Source of the DNA: Eubacteriales bacterium
GTDB lineage: Bacteria; Bacillota; Clostridia; Oscillospirales; CAG-272
DNA: 64,000 nt
Reading direction: 5' to 3'
NCBI GenBank assembly: GCA_045598385.1
Contig: JAZLLY010000028.1
Coordinates: 1,500-65,499, forward strand
Shown piece after piece: positions 7,621 to 16,285 of this stretch (position 1 is its first letter; the number at the start of each line of letters is the position of its first letter). The position numbers and the translations under genes were made by a program. The notes below the pieces were generated by a model. The model had not been told where the DNA came from. It saw only the letters and a list, made by a program, of their open reading frames with translations, and made no database searches.

Positions 7621-8511
7621 ATGAACAAACCTACTATTTTCAAAGGCGTTGCCACGGCGCTGATCACCCCTCTCACCGAAAAGGGCGTGGACTACGACCG
7701 TCTCGGCAAAGTCATCGACTGGCAGATCGCAAAGGGCATCAACGCCCTCGTCATCTGCGGCACGACCGGTGAGGGCTCCACGCTGAGCGACAAGGAGCAC
7801 CGCGATGTCCTCGATTTCGCGGCGAAACGCGCCGCCGGAAAGACCGCGCTGATCGCCGGCACCGGCTCCAACGACACCGCATACGCCATTGATCTGACCA
7901 AATACGCCTGTGAGATCGGTTACGACGGTATGCTCCTCGTGACGCCTTACTACAACAAAGCCACGCAGGGCGGTCTCATCCGCACCTTTACCGCGATCGC
8001 GGACGAAAGCACGAAGCCGTGTATTCTCTATAACGTCCCGTCGAGAACGGGCGTGAATATCGAGCCCGAGACCTACGGCGTTCTCGCGGATCACCCGATG
8101 ATCACCTCGATCAAGGAAGCCAACGGCAACCTGTCGAAAATCGTCGAAACGGTCCGGATCGTCGGCGACCGCCTCGACATCTATTCCGGCAACGACGACC
8201 AGATCGTGCCCATCCTGGCGCTCGGCGGAAAAGGTGTCATTTCGGTGCTCTCGAACGTCCTGCCGACCGAGACCATGGAAATGTGCAACACGTTCTTCCG
8301 GGGAGATCTGAAAGGCGCGATGGCTCTGCAATGCCGTTATCTCCCTCTCATCAACGCTCTCTTCTCGGAGGTCAACCCCATCCCCGTCAAGGCGGCGATG
8401 GCGGCGCTCGGCTTCTGCGAGGATTATCTGCGCCTGCCTCTGACGCCGATCGAGCCCGCGCACAAAGAAAAACTGTTCGCGCTGATGCGTGAACAGGGAC
8501 TGAAGGTCTGA
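7621..8511 (+). CDS. dapA: 4-hydroxy-tetrahydrodipicolinate synthase
   Basis: 296 aa. FKGVATALITP, ICGTTGEGSTLS, YYNK, and a full-length DapA pattern. Confidence 0.95.
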   Translation: MNKPTIFKGVATALITPLTEKGVDYDRLGKVIDWQIAKGINALVICGTTGEGSTLSDKEHRDVLDFAAKRAAGKTALIAGTGSNDTAYAIDLTKYACEIGYDGMLLVTPYYNKATQGGLIRTFTAIADESTKPCILYNVPSRTGVNIEPETYGVLADHPMITSIKEANGNLSKIVETVRIVGDRLDIYSGNDDQIVPILALGGKGVISVLSNVLPTETMEMCNTFFRGDLKGAMALQCRYLPLINALFSEVNPIPVKAAMAALGFCEDYLRLPLTPIEPAHKEKLFALMREQGLKV

Positions 8512-8512
8512 T

Positions 8513-9262
8513 ATGATACGGGTGATACTGAACGGCGCTCTCGGCAGAATGGGGCGCGAAGTCGAAACACTCATCAACGCTTCCGGCGGTTTTGAGATCG
8601 CGGCGAAAGCCGACGCGTTCGCCGACGGGGACGGCGTCCTTTCCGACCTCTCGGCGTTTGACGGACAAGCCGACGTCATCATCGACTTCTCCCACCACCT
8701 GGCAGCCGAACCGCTCCTCGCATACGCTGTCAGAAGAAACATCCCCGCCGTGATCGCCACGACGGGACACACCGAGGAAGAAGAAAACAAGATCCGCGAA
8801 GCGGCAAAAACGATCCCCGTTTTTCATTCGGCAAATATGTCTCTCGGCGTGGCTCTGCTCGCCGAACTGGCGGGAAAAGCGGCGGCGGTGATGGATAACG
8901 CCGATATCGAGATCGTCGAAACGCACCACAACCGAAAACTCGACGCGCCGAGCGGCACGGCTCTCATGCTCGCAAACGTTCTGAAAAAGATCCGCGAGCG
9001 CGCCGTTCTGCGTTTCGGCCGTTCCGGCAAGGACGGCAGAGCCAAAAACGAGATCGGCATCCATTCCGTCCGCATGGGCAATATCGTCGGCATCCACGAG
9101 GTGCTCATCTCCACCGACACGGAGACGATCACGCTCAAACACGAGGCGCACTCCCGCGCGCTCTTCGCCGAGGGGGCTCTTTCGGCGGCGTCCTTCCTCT
9201 GCGGCAAGGCGCCCGGTCTCTACGATATGAACAGTATTGTGAAGAAAGAAGAAAACGTATGA
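8513..9262 (+). CDS. dapB: 4-hydroxy-tetrahydrodipicolinate reductase
   Basis: IVETHHNRKLDAPSGTAL is the DapB signature. There is also an N-terminal Rossmann motif, GALGRMG. Confidence 0.95.
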   Translation: MIRVILNGALGRMGREVETLINASGGFEIAAKADAFADGDGVLSDLSAFDGQADVIIDFSHHLAAEPLLAYAVRRNIPAVIATTGHTEEEENKIREAAKTIPVFHSANMSLGVALLAELAGKAAAVMDNADIEIVETHHNRKLDAPSGTALMLANVLKKIRERAVLRFGRSGKDGRAKNEIGIHSVRMGNIVGIHEVLISTDTETITLKHEAHSRALFAEGALSAASFLCGKAPGLYDMNSIVKKEENV

Positions 9263-10242
9263 TAAGAATCGGAATCTGCGGTTACGGCAATCTCGGCAAG
9301 GGCGTGGAAGCCGCCGTTGCCGGTGCGCCCGATATGGAACTGTGCGCGGTATTCACAAGACGCGATCCCGCGTCCGTCACGCTTCGCACGCCGGGCGTGC
9401 CCGTCGTGCCGTTCTCAAAGATCGGCGAATACCAAGGAAAACTCGACGTCGTCGTCAACTGCGGCGGCAGCGCGACCGATCTGCCGAAAACCACGCCGCT
9501 CCTCGCTTCCCTTTTCAACGTCGTGGACAGTTTTGACACTCACGCGAAGATCCCTTCGCATTTTGCCGCGGTCGATGAAGCCGCCGCGGCGGCGGGAAAA
9601 GTCGCCGTCATCTCTGTCGGGTGGGATCCCGGTCTTTTCTCCGTCTTCCGCCTGTACGCGAACGCCGTTCTGCCCGACGGCGACGACTACACCTTCTGGG
9701 GCAGGGGCGTGAGCCAGGGACATTCCGACGCGATCCGCCGGATCGACGGCGTCCTCGACGCCCGGCAATATACCGTTCCCGTCGAAACCGCGATCGCCAG
9801 AGTCCGCGCCGGTGAAGAGCCGGTCCTGACGGCAAGGGAAAAGCACACAAGAGAATGTTACGTCGTGGCAAAAGAGGGCGCCGATCTTGAGAGGATCGAG
9901 CGCGAGATCAAGACGATGCCCGACTATTTCGCGGATTACGACACGACCGTGACGTTCATCACGGAAGAAGAACTGAAGAAAAATCACGCGGGGATCCCGC
10001 ACGGCGGACGCGTCATCCGCACCGGCAGGACCGGCACGGAACCGAAAACGCGGCACACCGCCGAATTCAGTCTGACGCTCGAATCCAACCCCGAATTCAC
10101 CGGCAGCGTTCTCGCCGCTTACGCGCGCGCCGCTTTCCGGCTTTCGGGATCCGGCATTTGCGGATGTAAGACCGTGTTCGATATCGCCCCGGCGCTCCTC
10201 GTCCCGACGGACGGCGCCGAATTGCGGGCACATCTTCTGTAA
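9259..10242 (+). CDS. ddh: meso-diaminopimelate D-dehydrogenase
   Basis: It aligns by eye along its whole length with Corynebacterium Ddh (GYGNLGK, GWDPGLFS, WGRGVSQGHSDAIRRIDGV, TMPDYF, IPHGG). The start overlaps the dapB stop (ATGA). Confidence 0.92.
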   Translation: MIRIGICGYGNLGKGVEAAVAGAPDMELCAVFTRRDPASVTLRTPGVPVVPFSKIGEYQGKLDVVVNCGGSATDLPKTTPLLASLFNVVDSFDTHAKIPSHFAAVDEAAAAAGKVAVISVGWDPGLFSVFRLYANAVLPDGDDYTFWGRGVSQGHSDAIRRIDGVLDARQYTVPVETAIARVRAGEEPVLTAREKHTRECYVVAKEGADLERIEREIKTMPDYFADYDTTVTFITEEELKKNHAGIPHGGRVIRTGRTGTEPKTRHTAEFSLTLESNPEFTGSVLAAYARAAFRLSGSGICGCKTVFDIAPALLVPTDGAELRAHLL

Positions 10243-10253
10243 GTGAGGTCCTT

Positions 10254-11552
10254 ATGATCTACGACAATCTCGGAATCGGAGAAAACGGACACCTGTTTTT
10301 CGCCGGACGCGACACCGTCCGTCTGGCAGAGACGTACAAAACGCCGCTCTACATACTCGACGAAGAAAAGATCCGCGAAAGATGCCGCCTTTACCGTGGC
10401 GCCATGACGGCGTATTTCGGGGAGGGTTCTCTCCCGCTTTACGCCGGAAAAGCCCTTTGCATCGGCGGTCTGTACCGCATCATGAAAGAAGAGGGCATGG
10501 GCATCGACGTCGTTTCCCCCGGAGAGATCTATACCGCGAAAAAAGCGGGATTTCCCATGGAACGCGCCTTTTTCCACGGCAATAACAAAACCGACGAAGA
10601 CGTCGCCTACGCCATGGACGCGGGCGTCGGATATTTCGTCTGCGACAACGAAGAAGAACTTTCGGCGATCGACAAAGAGGCGGCAAAACGCGGAATCGTC
10701 CAGCGCGTCCTTTTGCGTCTGACGCCCGGCATTGATCCCCACACCCACGCCAAGATCGCAACGGGAAAGGTCGATTCCAAATTCGGCGCAGCGATCGAAA
10801 CGGGACAGGCCATGTCGCTGACAAGACACGCGCTCGCGGCAAAAAATACGGATCTTAAGGGCTTTCATTGTCATATCGGCTCGCAGATCTTCGACTGCCG
10901 TCCTTTCACGGATGCGGCACGCGTCATGCTCCGCTTTATCAAAGAAGCGAAAGATGTTCTCGGCTATACCGCCGATATGCTGAATCTCGGCGGCGGCATG
11001 GGAATCCCCTATACCGAAGCCGATCCCGCCGTGGATTACGCCGAAAATCTCAAAAAAATCGCCGACGCCGTCAGACGGGAATGCAAAAAACTCGACATTC
11101 CGATGCCGGCTGTCCTCACGGAACCGGGCAGATCCGTCGTCGCCGACGCCGGGATCACCCTCTACACCGTCGGCGGAAAGAAAGAGATCCCCGGTTTCAA
11201 GAATTACGTTTCCGTGGACGGCGGCATGGCGGACAATCCCCGTTTCGCGCTATACGAAGCCCGATACACGGTGATCACCGCGAACAAAGCGTCAAAACCC
11301 GCCGACTACCGTTGCGCCGTCGCGGGACGCTGCTGCGAGAGCGGCGATCTCATCGGCGAGGATATTTTTCTGGCAAAGCCGGAGCGCGGCGACGTCCTCG
11401 CGGTGTTGACCACCGGTGCGTATAACTACTCCATGTCCTCAAATTATAACGCTATTTGCAAACCGGCAGTAGTCATTTTAGCGAAAGATAAAGAGTATAT
11501 CGCCGTAAGGCGGGAAACTTTTGAGGAAATGACGGCACAGCAAATATTCTGA
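10254..11552 (+). CDS. lysA: Diaminopimelate decarboxylase
   Basis: 432 aa. PLP-dependent group IV decarboxylase pattern (YAGKA, HCHIGSQ, LNLGGGMGIPY, GRCCESGD). Confidence 0.95.
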   Translation: MIYDNLGIGENGHLFFAGRDTVRLAETYKTPLYILDEEKIRERCRLYRGAMTAYFGEGSLPLYAGKALCIGGLYRIMKEEGMGIDVVSPGEIYTAKKAGFPMERAFFHGNNKTDEDVAYAMDAGVGYFVCDNEEELSAIDKEAAKRGIVQRVLLRLTPGIDPHTHAKIATGKVDSKFGAAIETGQAMSLTRHALAAKNTDLKGFHCHIGSQIFDCRPFTDAARVMLRFIKEAKDVLGYTADMLNLGGGMGIPYTEADPAVDYAENLKKIADAVRRECKKLDIPMPAVLTEPGRSVVADAGITLYTVGGKKEIPGFKNYVSVDGGMADNPRFALYEARYTVITANKASKPADYRCAVAGRCCESGDLIGEDIFLAKPERGDVLAVLTTGAYNYSMSSNYNAICKPAVVILAKDKEYIAVRRETFEEMTAQQIF

Positions 11553-11589
11553 TTTTATCCGGACGGCAATCTGTCCGGTCAAAGAAAAA

Positions 11590-11625
11590 AGCAGGAGCGG
11601 AACATCCGTTTTCCTGCTTTTTGTT
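11590..11625. terminator. Bidirectional terminator between lysA and the convergent HTH gene
   Basis: GCAGGAgcggaacatccgttTTCCTGC, with a T-run on the plus strand and an A-run upstream that becomes a T-run on the minus strand. Confidence 0.7.
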
Positions 11626-11690
11626 TTCTGTTTTCATTCGTGACCTTTTGTATTTAAGCTTCTCTGTCTGCCCGAAAACATTATGTTCCG

Positions 11691-12074
11691 TCAGGGCTTC
11701 ATTTCTTTGCGTTTCGACTTGTTTTTCAGTTCCAGATAAAGCCGCATCGTGGTTTCGAGGGTTTCCTTCAGGGCTTCCCTCTGTGCTTTCGGCAGGACGC
11801 GTGTCTCACGGTAGAGCGTGAGCATTTCGTACTCGTCGTCCGAGAGGTCGGTCGCGATCCTCTGAAGCGGGATATTCATCAGCGCCTCCAAAGAAATGTG
11901 GAAGAGCGAAGAAAGTTCCGGCAGCATTTTGAGATACGAGCGTGACCTGCCGCGCCGCCAATTATCCACCGTTTTGGGTTTCAGAGACATGGCACGCTCG
12001 AACGCCGCGTCGCTCGGATACTCCGTCTCGATCAGCAGGAGCAGTTTCTCTTTGACTCTGTCGTTTTCGATCAT
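11691..12074 (-). CDS. Small helix-turn-helix (XRE-like) DNA-binding protein
   Basis: 127 aa. An N-terminal HTH-like segment (PSDAAFERAMSLKPKTVDNWRRGRS) and a helical C-terminus. AAAGGA RBS. No closer family could be recognised. Confidence 0.5.
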   Translation of the reverse strand: MIENDRVKEKLLLLIETEYPSDAAFERAMSLKPKTVDNWRRGRSRSYLKMLPELSSLFHISLEALMNIPLQRIATDLSDDEYEMLTLYRETRVLPKAQREALKETLETTMRLYLELKNKSKRKEMKP

Positions 12075-12172
12075 TTCACGGATCCTTTCTTCGACGGCGA
12101 CGAGGACAATTTGGATTTGCCCGCCGTCTTCTGCTGCGGATTGTTGCCGCTTTTGCTATCTATTGTTGTCAT
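12071..12172 (-). CDS. Possible 33-aa Lys/Ser-rich small ORF, ATGA-coupled on both sides
   Basis: MTTIDSKSGNNPQQKTAGKSKLSSSPSKKGSVK. Its ATG overlaps the flavin reductase TGA, and its TGA overlaps the HTH gene ATG. The RBS is weak. It could instead be a frameshifted tail of the upstream gene. Confidence 0.25.
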   Translation of the reverse strand: MTTIDSKSGNNPQQKTAGKSKLSSSPSKKGSVK

Positions 12173-12810
12173 TTTCTCGACTTTTCCGCAGTTTTCGCTT
12201 TTCCGCCGTTTTTGTTGTTCCTCGAATCTCCGCTTTTTGTTTTTCTGTTTTTCTTTTTCGCGGCACTGAATCCGAACGTCCCGATCTTTTTTCCGAGGGT
12301 GTAATACTCGCCGTGCGCGTAAGCGCAAAGATGCGCTTTGTCATACCGAATCTTGCCGCTTTCGTCGAGGATCGCGGAATCGACCGAGACGTTCAGGATA
12401 TCGGCGAAGAAAATATCGTGGGATCCGCTGTTTTCCACCCCGGTCACGCGACATTCGAGCGCGATCGGGCACTCCGCGATCGTGGGCGCGCCGACGACCT
12501 TGCTTTTCACTCTGGTCAGATGACATTTTTCAAATTTGTTGACCTTGGCGCCGGTATAGATGCCGCAATAGTCCACCGTTCTCGCCAACGTATCGGGCGG
12601 GAGGTGAAGCACGAATTCCCCGTATTTTTTCAAAAGTCCGTAGGAATGGCGCGAAGGACGCACCGAAATATAGGTCCTCGGCGGCGTAGAGGACAAAATG
12701 CCCGTCCAGGCGACCGTCAATACGTTTTCTTCTTCCCCCTTGCCCACGGTGACGAGCGCGGGCGGAAGCGGCGCCGTAAGCGCGCCGGGCGCAAAATCCA
12801 TTCTTTCCAT
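12169..12810 (-). CDS. Flavin reductase-like (FMN-binding split barrel) protein with a Lys-rich tail
   Basis: PPALVTVGKGEEENVLTVAWTG...RPSRHSYGLL...ECPIALECRV...HDIFFADI is the flavin reductase domain pattern. I chose the start at ATG 12810 (MERMDF) because of an AAAGGA RBS. The track start at 12921 is not supported. The C-terminal ~30 aa are K/N/S-rich. Confidence 0.75.
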   Translation of the reverse strand: MERMDFAPGALTAPLPPALVTVGKGEEENVLTVAWTGILSSTPPRTYISVRPSRHSYGLLKKYGEFVLHLPPDTLARTVDYCGIYTGAKVNKFEKCHLTRVKSKVVGAPTIAECPIALECRVTGVENSGSHDIFFADILNVSVDSAILDESGKIRYDKAHLCAYAHGEYYTLGKKIGTFGFSAAKKKNRKTKSGDSRNNKNGGKAKTAEKSRK

Positions 12811-12876
12811 AGCGAGATCCTTTCTTTCCTCCATCTTATCACATTGCGCGCGATTTGGCAATCCGAAAAAAGAATC

Positions 12877-12905
12877 TTGCAAAAAAAGAGGGCGTATGCT
12901 ATACT
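12877..12905 (+). promoter_or_regulatory. Candidate promoter of the DUF4349 gene
   Basis: TTGCAA-17 nt-TATACT. Confidence 0.45.
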
Positions 12906-12941
12906 GAAAACGTAAATCCAATCCTTTTTTCGGAGGTTATC

Positions 12942-13883
12942 ATGAAAAAGAAGATCCTTTGTCTTTTCGTCGCAGTTCTCCTGCTCCTTTTCACCTTCGC
13001 GGGATGTAACGCAGGGAGCGCGGAGGACAACGCTCCTTACGCTTCTTACGAGGCGTCGTCGTTCAGTCTCGCGGCATCCGCAAAGAAAAATAAGTTTTAT
13101 TCGTCGGATATGATCAGTTCGTCGGACGTGGGAACAGACCTCTCCTCCTCTGATCTGCCGAGCGACGGCTCAAAACTCGTCAGGACTGCGCACGCCACGA
13201 TCAAGACCGAGACGTACGAAGAAACGCTCACGAAGATCAAAGAAAAGGTCGCAGCCCTCGGCGGGCGCATCGACGCAGAATCCTACGACGGATACGAGCC
13301 GCGTGACGCTTCGCTGACCGTACGCATCCCCGTTGAGAAATACAACGAATTCACAGGGGAATTCAACGATTACGGCGTCGTCACTTACCTCTCCGCCTCG
13401 ATCGACGACGTCACGACGGCATACGCGGAAACGCTGGCGGAAAAAGAAACGCTGGAACAAGCCATCGATTTTTACACCGAACTGATGAAAGAATGCAAAG
13501 GGATCGATGAGCAGTCCAAAGTGGAAAACGAGCTGGATTCCCGCAAAACCAAACTTGAAAAGATCAATAAGACGCTGGCAACTTACGACGACAAAGTCGC
13601 GTTCTCCACGATCTACCTGTCGATCGACGAAGTAAAATCCGAAGCAGCCGTGAAAAGAGACAATATCTTCAAACGGATCGCCGATACTTTCACGGAATCC
13701 CTCCGCGGCGTCGGTGAAGGCGCGGCAGATGTCATCGTGTTCTTCTTCGGCAATCTGCCCACCATCGTGATCATTGGCGCTCTGATCGCCGGTGCTTTCT
13801 TCCTCGGACGGTTTTTGATCCGCAAAAAGCGCGGTATCAAGTCCGGCAATACCAAAAGCGAAAACGAAAGCAGCGAAGAGTAA
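12942..13883 (+). CDS. DUF4349-like lipoprotein (coiled-coil, C-terminal TM anchor)
   Basis: Lipobox LLLFTFAGC after MKKKILCLFVAV, with a GGAGG RBS. The central part is helical and the C-terminal TM is VIVFFFGNLPTIVIIGALIAGAFFLG, the architecture typical of DUF4349. The start is set at 12942 rather than the track start 12855. Confidence 0.65.
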   Translation: MKKKILCLFVAVLLLLFTFAGCNAGSAEDNAPYASYEASSFSLAASAKKNKFYSSDMISSSDVGTDLSSSDLPSDGSKLVRTAHATIKTETYEETLTKIKEKVAALGGRIDAESYDGYEPRDASLTVRIPVEKYNEFTGEFNDYGVVTYLSASIDDVTTAYAETLAEKETLEQAIDFYTELMKECKGIDEQSKVENELDSRKTKLEKINKTLATYDDKVAFSTIYLSIDEVKSEAAVKRDNIFKRIADTFTESLRGVGEGAADVIVFFFGNLPTIVIIGALIAGAFFLGRFLIRKKRGIKSGNTKSENESSEE

Positions 13884-13917
13884 AACCGATATAATGTAAA
13901 TAGTTGTTGACAAAAAG

Positions 13918-13972
13918 CGGGTTAAACGATCCGAAACGCACAAAAGCGTCAGGTGTTTAACCCGTTTTTTCT
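13918..13972 (+). terminator. Rho-independent terminator after the DUF4349 gene
   Basis: CGGGTTAAAC...GTTTAACCCG followed by TTTTTTCTTTT. Confidence 0.75.
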
Positions 13973-14147
13973 TTTGAATAAAGAGCCGCGCGGAACGAGG
14001 ATCGGTCGCCGAAAAACGACAATTACAGTTGCCGTTCAAACACGGTTATCACAAAACGGCGCATGGCTTTGACACGACCGTTGCAAGGTGGAAAACGCGC
14101 GGTTCTGACGCAAATGTTGCAAAGCGGAACGCGCTCTTTTTGCATGG

Positions 14148-15056
14148 CTATTGCGAGACGAAACGCGCGGCGACGGTGCAAACGGACAGAAAAAGAGAAA
14201 AAGAAAGATACAAAAAGAACAGTCCTGCCGCCGAACAACCCCGTTCGCGCAAAAGGTGGTGCAAGTGCCGTCTGTCGCCAAGCCACGGCTTCTGTCCGTC
14301 TTTCAGACGCAGGATCACGACGCGCAAGGCGTCAAACGCCGGCAAAAGGAAGAACAGAAGTGCCCATGCGTTATCCCGCGCCGCGAGAAGCGTCAGCGCC
14401 GTGAACAGAAACCCGACGGAAAGAGAACCGCAGTCACCCATAAAGAGTCCGGCTCTCGGAAGATTCCACGGCAAAAAGCCGAGAAGTCCCGCCGCGGCAA
14501 GCAACGACAAAATCAGCGCCTGCACGTTGCCCGACAGTAAAAAGAACAGGGAAAGCCCGAGAAACGCCGGGGCGGTGTATGCGACGGCGATCCCGTCCGC
14601 GCCGTCCATGAAGTTGTAGGCGTTGATGAGGAACAGAGCGAGAAGAAACCAAGCGACCGCAAGCCCCGAAAACGTCCCGAGTGAAAGCGAAAGCCAAAGG
14701 AGAAGCCCGACACTCTCAAGAAGACCTTTCGGCAAAGGGGAAAGGTTCAGAAAATCGTCGGCAAGTCCGACGGCAAGAAACAAGAAGAACGGCAAAAGCA
14801 GCGTCAGCGCCTCTCTGTCACGAAAAAAACCGAAAAGTCCCGCGCCGACGGCGATGCCGCAGGCGATCCCGAGTCCGCCGATGCGCGGCGTCGCTTCTCC
14901 ATGACGCTTCCGCCGTCCGTCGGGAATGTCAAGGGCGCCGATCTTTCTCCCCACCCGAAGCAAGAGGAACGAAACCGCCAAAGAAAACGAAAAAGCACAA
15001 AAAAGCGCAATCCACATAAATCCTCCGAAAAAAGACGGAGAGACAACGTTCGTCAT
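14148..15056 (-). CDS. Glycosyltransferase family 4 (MraY/WecA/TagO-like polyprenyl-phosphate sugar-1-phosphate transferase)
   Basis: Polytopic. ALDIPDGRRKRHGEATPRIGGLG, NAYNFMDGADGIA, NLPRAGLFMGDCGSLSVGF. It is somewhat short at 302 aa. Confidence 0.8.
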   Translation of the reverse strand: MTNVVSPSFFGGFMWIALFCAFSFSLAVSFLLLRVGRKIGALDIPDGRRKRHGEATPRIGGLGIACGIAVGAGLFGFFRDREALTLLLPFFLFLAVGLADDFLNLSPLPKGLLESVGLLLWLSLSLGTFSGLAVAWFLLALFLINAYNFMDGADGIAVAYTAPAFLGLSLFFLLSGNVQALILSLLAAAGLLGFLPWNLPRAGLFMGDCGSLSVGFLFTALTLLAARDNAWALLFFLLPAFDALRVVILRLKDGQKPWLGDRRHLHHLLRERGCSAAGLFFLYLSFSLFLSVCTVAARFVSQ

Positions 15057-15103
15057 CTCTCCATCCGTGTTTATGTAGATCCCGCAGGTTCAAAACCGAC
15101 GCA

Positions 15104-16099
15104 TCAACCGACAAAGCCGACTTTCCGTCTGACTTTCGAGAGCGTTTTTCTCGCGAAATACGCGGCTTCCTCCGCGCCGGCTTTCATCGTCGCTTCGAGG
15201 AACGCTTTATCGGCGATGAGACGGTCGTATTCCGCCTGCACGCCTGCCAATCCGTCGGCACACGCCTCGCCGACCGCGGCTTTGAAATCCCCGTATCCGA
15301 CACCGTCGAACTCCCTCTCGATCTCTTCGTACGTCTTTCCCGTAAAGGCGCGGTAAATGTTCATCAGATTGTTGATGCCGTCTTTTCCCTCGGCGTAACG
15401 CACGACGGCGTCGGAATCGGTGACGGCCTTTCTGAACTTCCGCATGATATCGTCTTTTCGGTCCAGAATATAGACGACGGCGTTCGCGTTCGCATCGGAT
15501 TTCGACATCTTGAGTGTCGGCTCGGCGAGGGACATGATCTTCATGGTATCCGTCGGGATAAAGCCCTCCGGCACCGTGAAGGTGTCGCCGTAAACCTGAT
15601 TGAAGCGCATCGCGACGTCACGCGCCAGTTCGATATGCTGTTTCTGGTCAATGCCGACGGGGACGACGTCTGCCTGATACAAAAGAATATCCGCCGCCAT
15701 CAGCGAGGGATAGGTAAACAGTCCCGCATTGATATTCTGTGCGTTTTTCGCGCTTTTATCCTTGAACTGCGTCATTCTCGAAAGTTCGCCGAACATGGTG
15801 TAGCAATCGAGGATCCAGCCGAGCTCCGCGTGCGCGGGGACCTGCGACTGGACGAAAAGGGTGTTTTTCTTGGGATCCAATCCCGCCGCCATATAAAGTG
15901 CGAGCGTTTCGTAAGTACGGCGGCGCAGCTCCGCCGGGACCTGCCGCACCGTGATGGCGTGAAGATCGACCACGCAATAAAAGGTTTTGTATTCTTCGGA
16001 AAATCTCGTGAAATTCTTGATGGCGCCGAGATAATTTCCGATCGTCAGATTTCCCGACGGCTGAACGCCGGAAAAGACGATCTTCTGATCGTTGAGCAT
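15104..16099 (-). CDS. trpS: Tryptophan--tRNA ligase
   Basis: SGVQPSGNLTIGNYLGA (HIGH-equivalent) and KMSKSD (KMSKS). Confidence 0.95.
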   Translation of the reverse strand: MLNDQKIVFSGVQPSGNLTIGNYLGAIKNFTRFSEEYKTFYCVVDLHAITVRQVPAELRRRTYETLALYMAAGLDPKKNTLFVQSQVPAHAELGWILDCYTMFGELSRMTQFKDKSAKNAQNINAGLFTYPSLMAADILLYQADVVPVGIDQKQHIELARDVAMRFNQVYGDTFTVPEGFIPTDTMKIMSLAEPTLKMSKSDANANAVVYILDRKDDIMRKFRKAVTDSDAVVRYAEGKDGINNLMNIYRAFTGKTYEEIEREFDGVGYGDFKAAVGEACADGLAGVQAEYDRLIADKAFLEATMKAGAEEAAYFARKTLSKVRRKVGFVG

Positions 16100-16128
16100 A
16101 GGAAACCTCCGTTGTTTCTTTCCCCCTT

Positions 16129-16157
16129 ATTCTATATCATCGGCGCGCGTATGTCAA
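16129..16157 (-). promoter_or_regulatory. Candidate trpS promoter, leaving only a ~25-nt leader
   Basis: On the minus strand: TTGACA-17 nt-TAGAAT. Confidence 0.5.
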
Positions 16158-16196
16158 GAAAAACCGCCCCGTTTTTTCCACCGGATTGACTTGTTC

Positions 16197-16225
16197 TTGC
16201 AAATTCGCGCAAAATATGTTATAAT
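16197..16225 (+). promoter_or_regulatory. Candidate trkA-trkH promoter
   Basis: TTGCAA-17 nt-TATAAT. Confidence 0.55.
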
Positions 16226-16285
16226 ATCGTTACTTATAAATTAAGTCTTATTTATCACCGCTTTTTGCGGTATGGAGAAAAACGT

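Noticed and set aside
12811-12921. The N-terminal extension of the flavin reductase ORF.
   Set aside because: It has no RBS and would overlap the divergent DUF4349 promoter. The ATG at 12810 has an AAAGGA RBS and yields a normal-length domain.
14029-14619. A 196-aa extremely basic plus-strand ORF, and other Arg-rich ORFs between 14 and 15 kb.
   Set aside because: They are antisense or out of frame relative to the MraY/WecA-like membrane protein gene. Their Arg/Lys-rich composition is a frame artefact.
16100-16196. A possible T-box or other leader upstream of trpS.
   Set aside because: Only ~100 bp separate trpS from the divergent trkA promoter. A good promoter sits ~25 nt from the start codon, and no T-box sequence is present.
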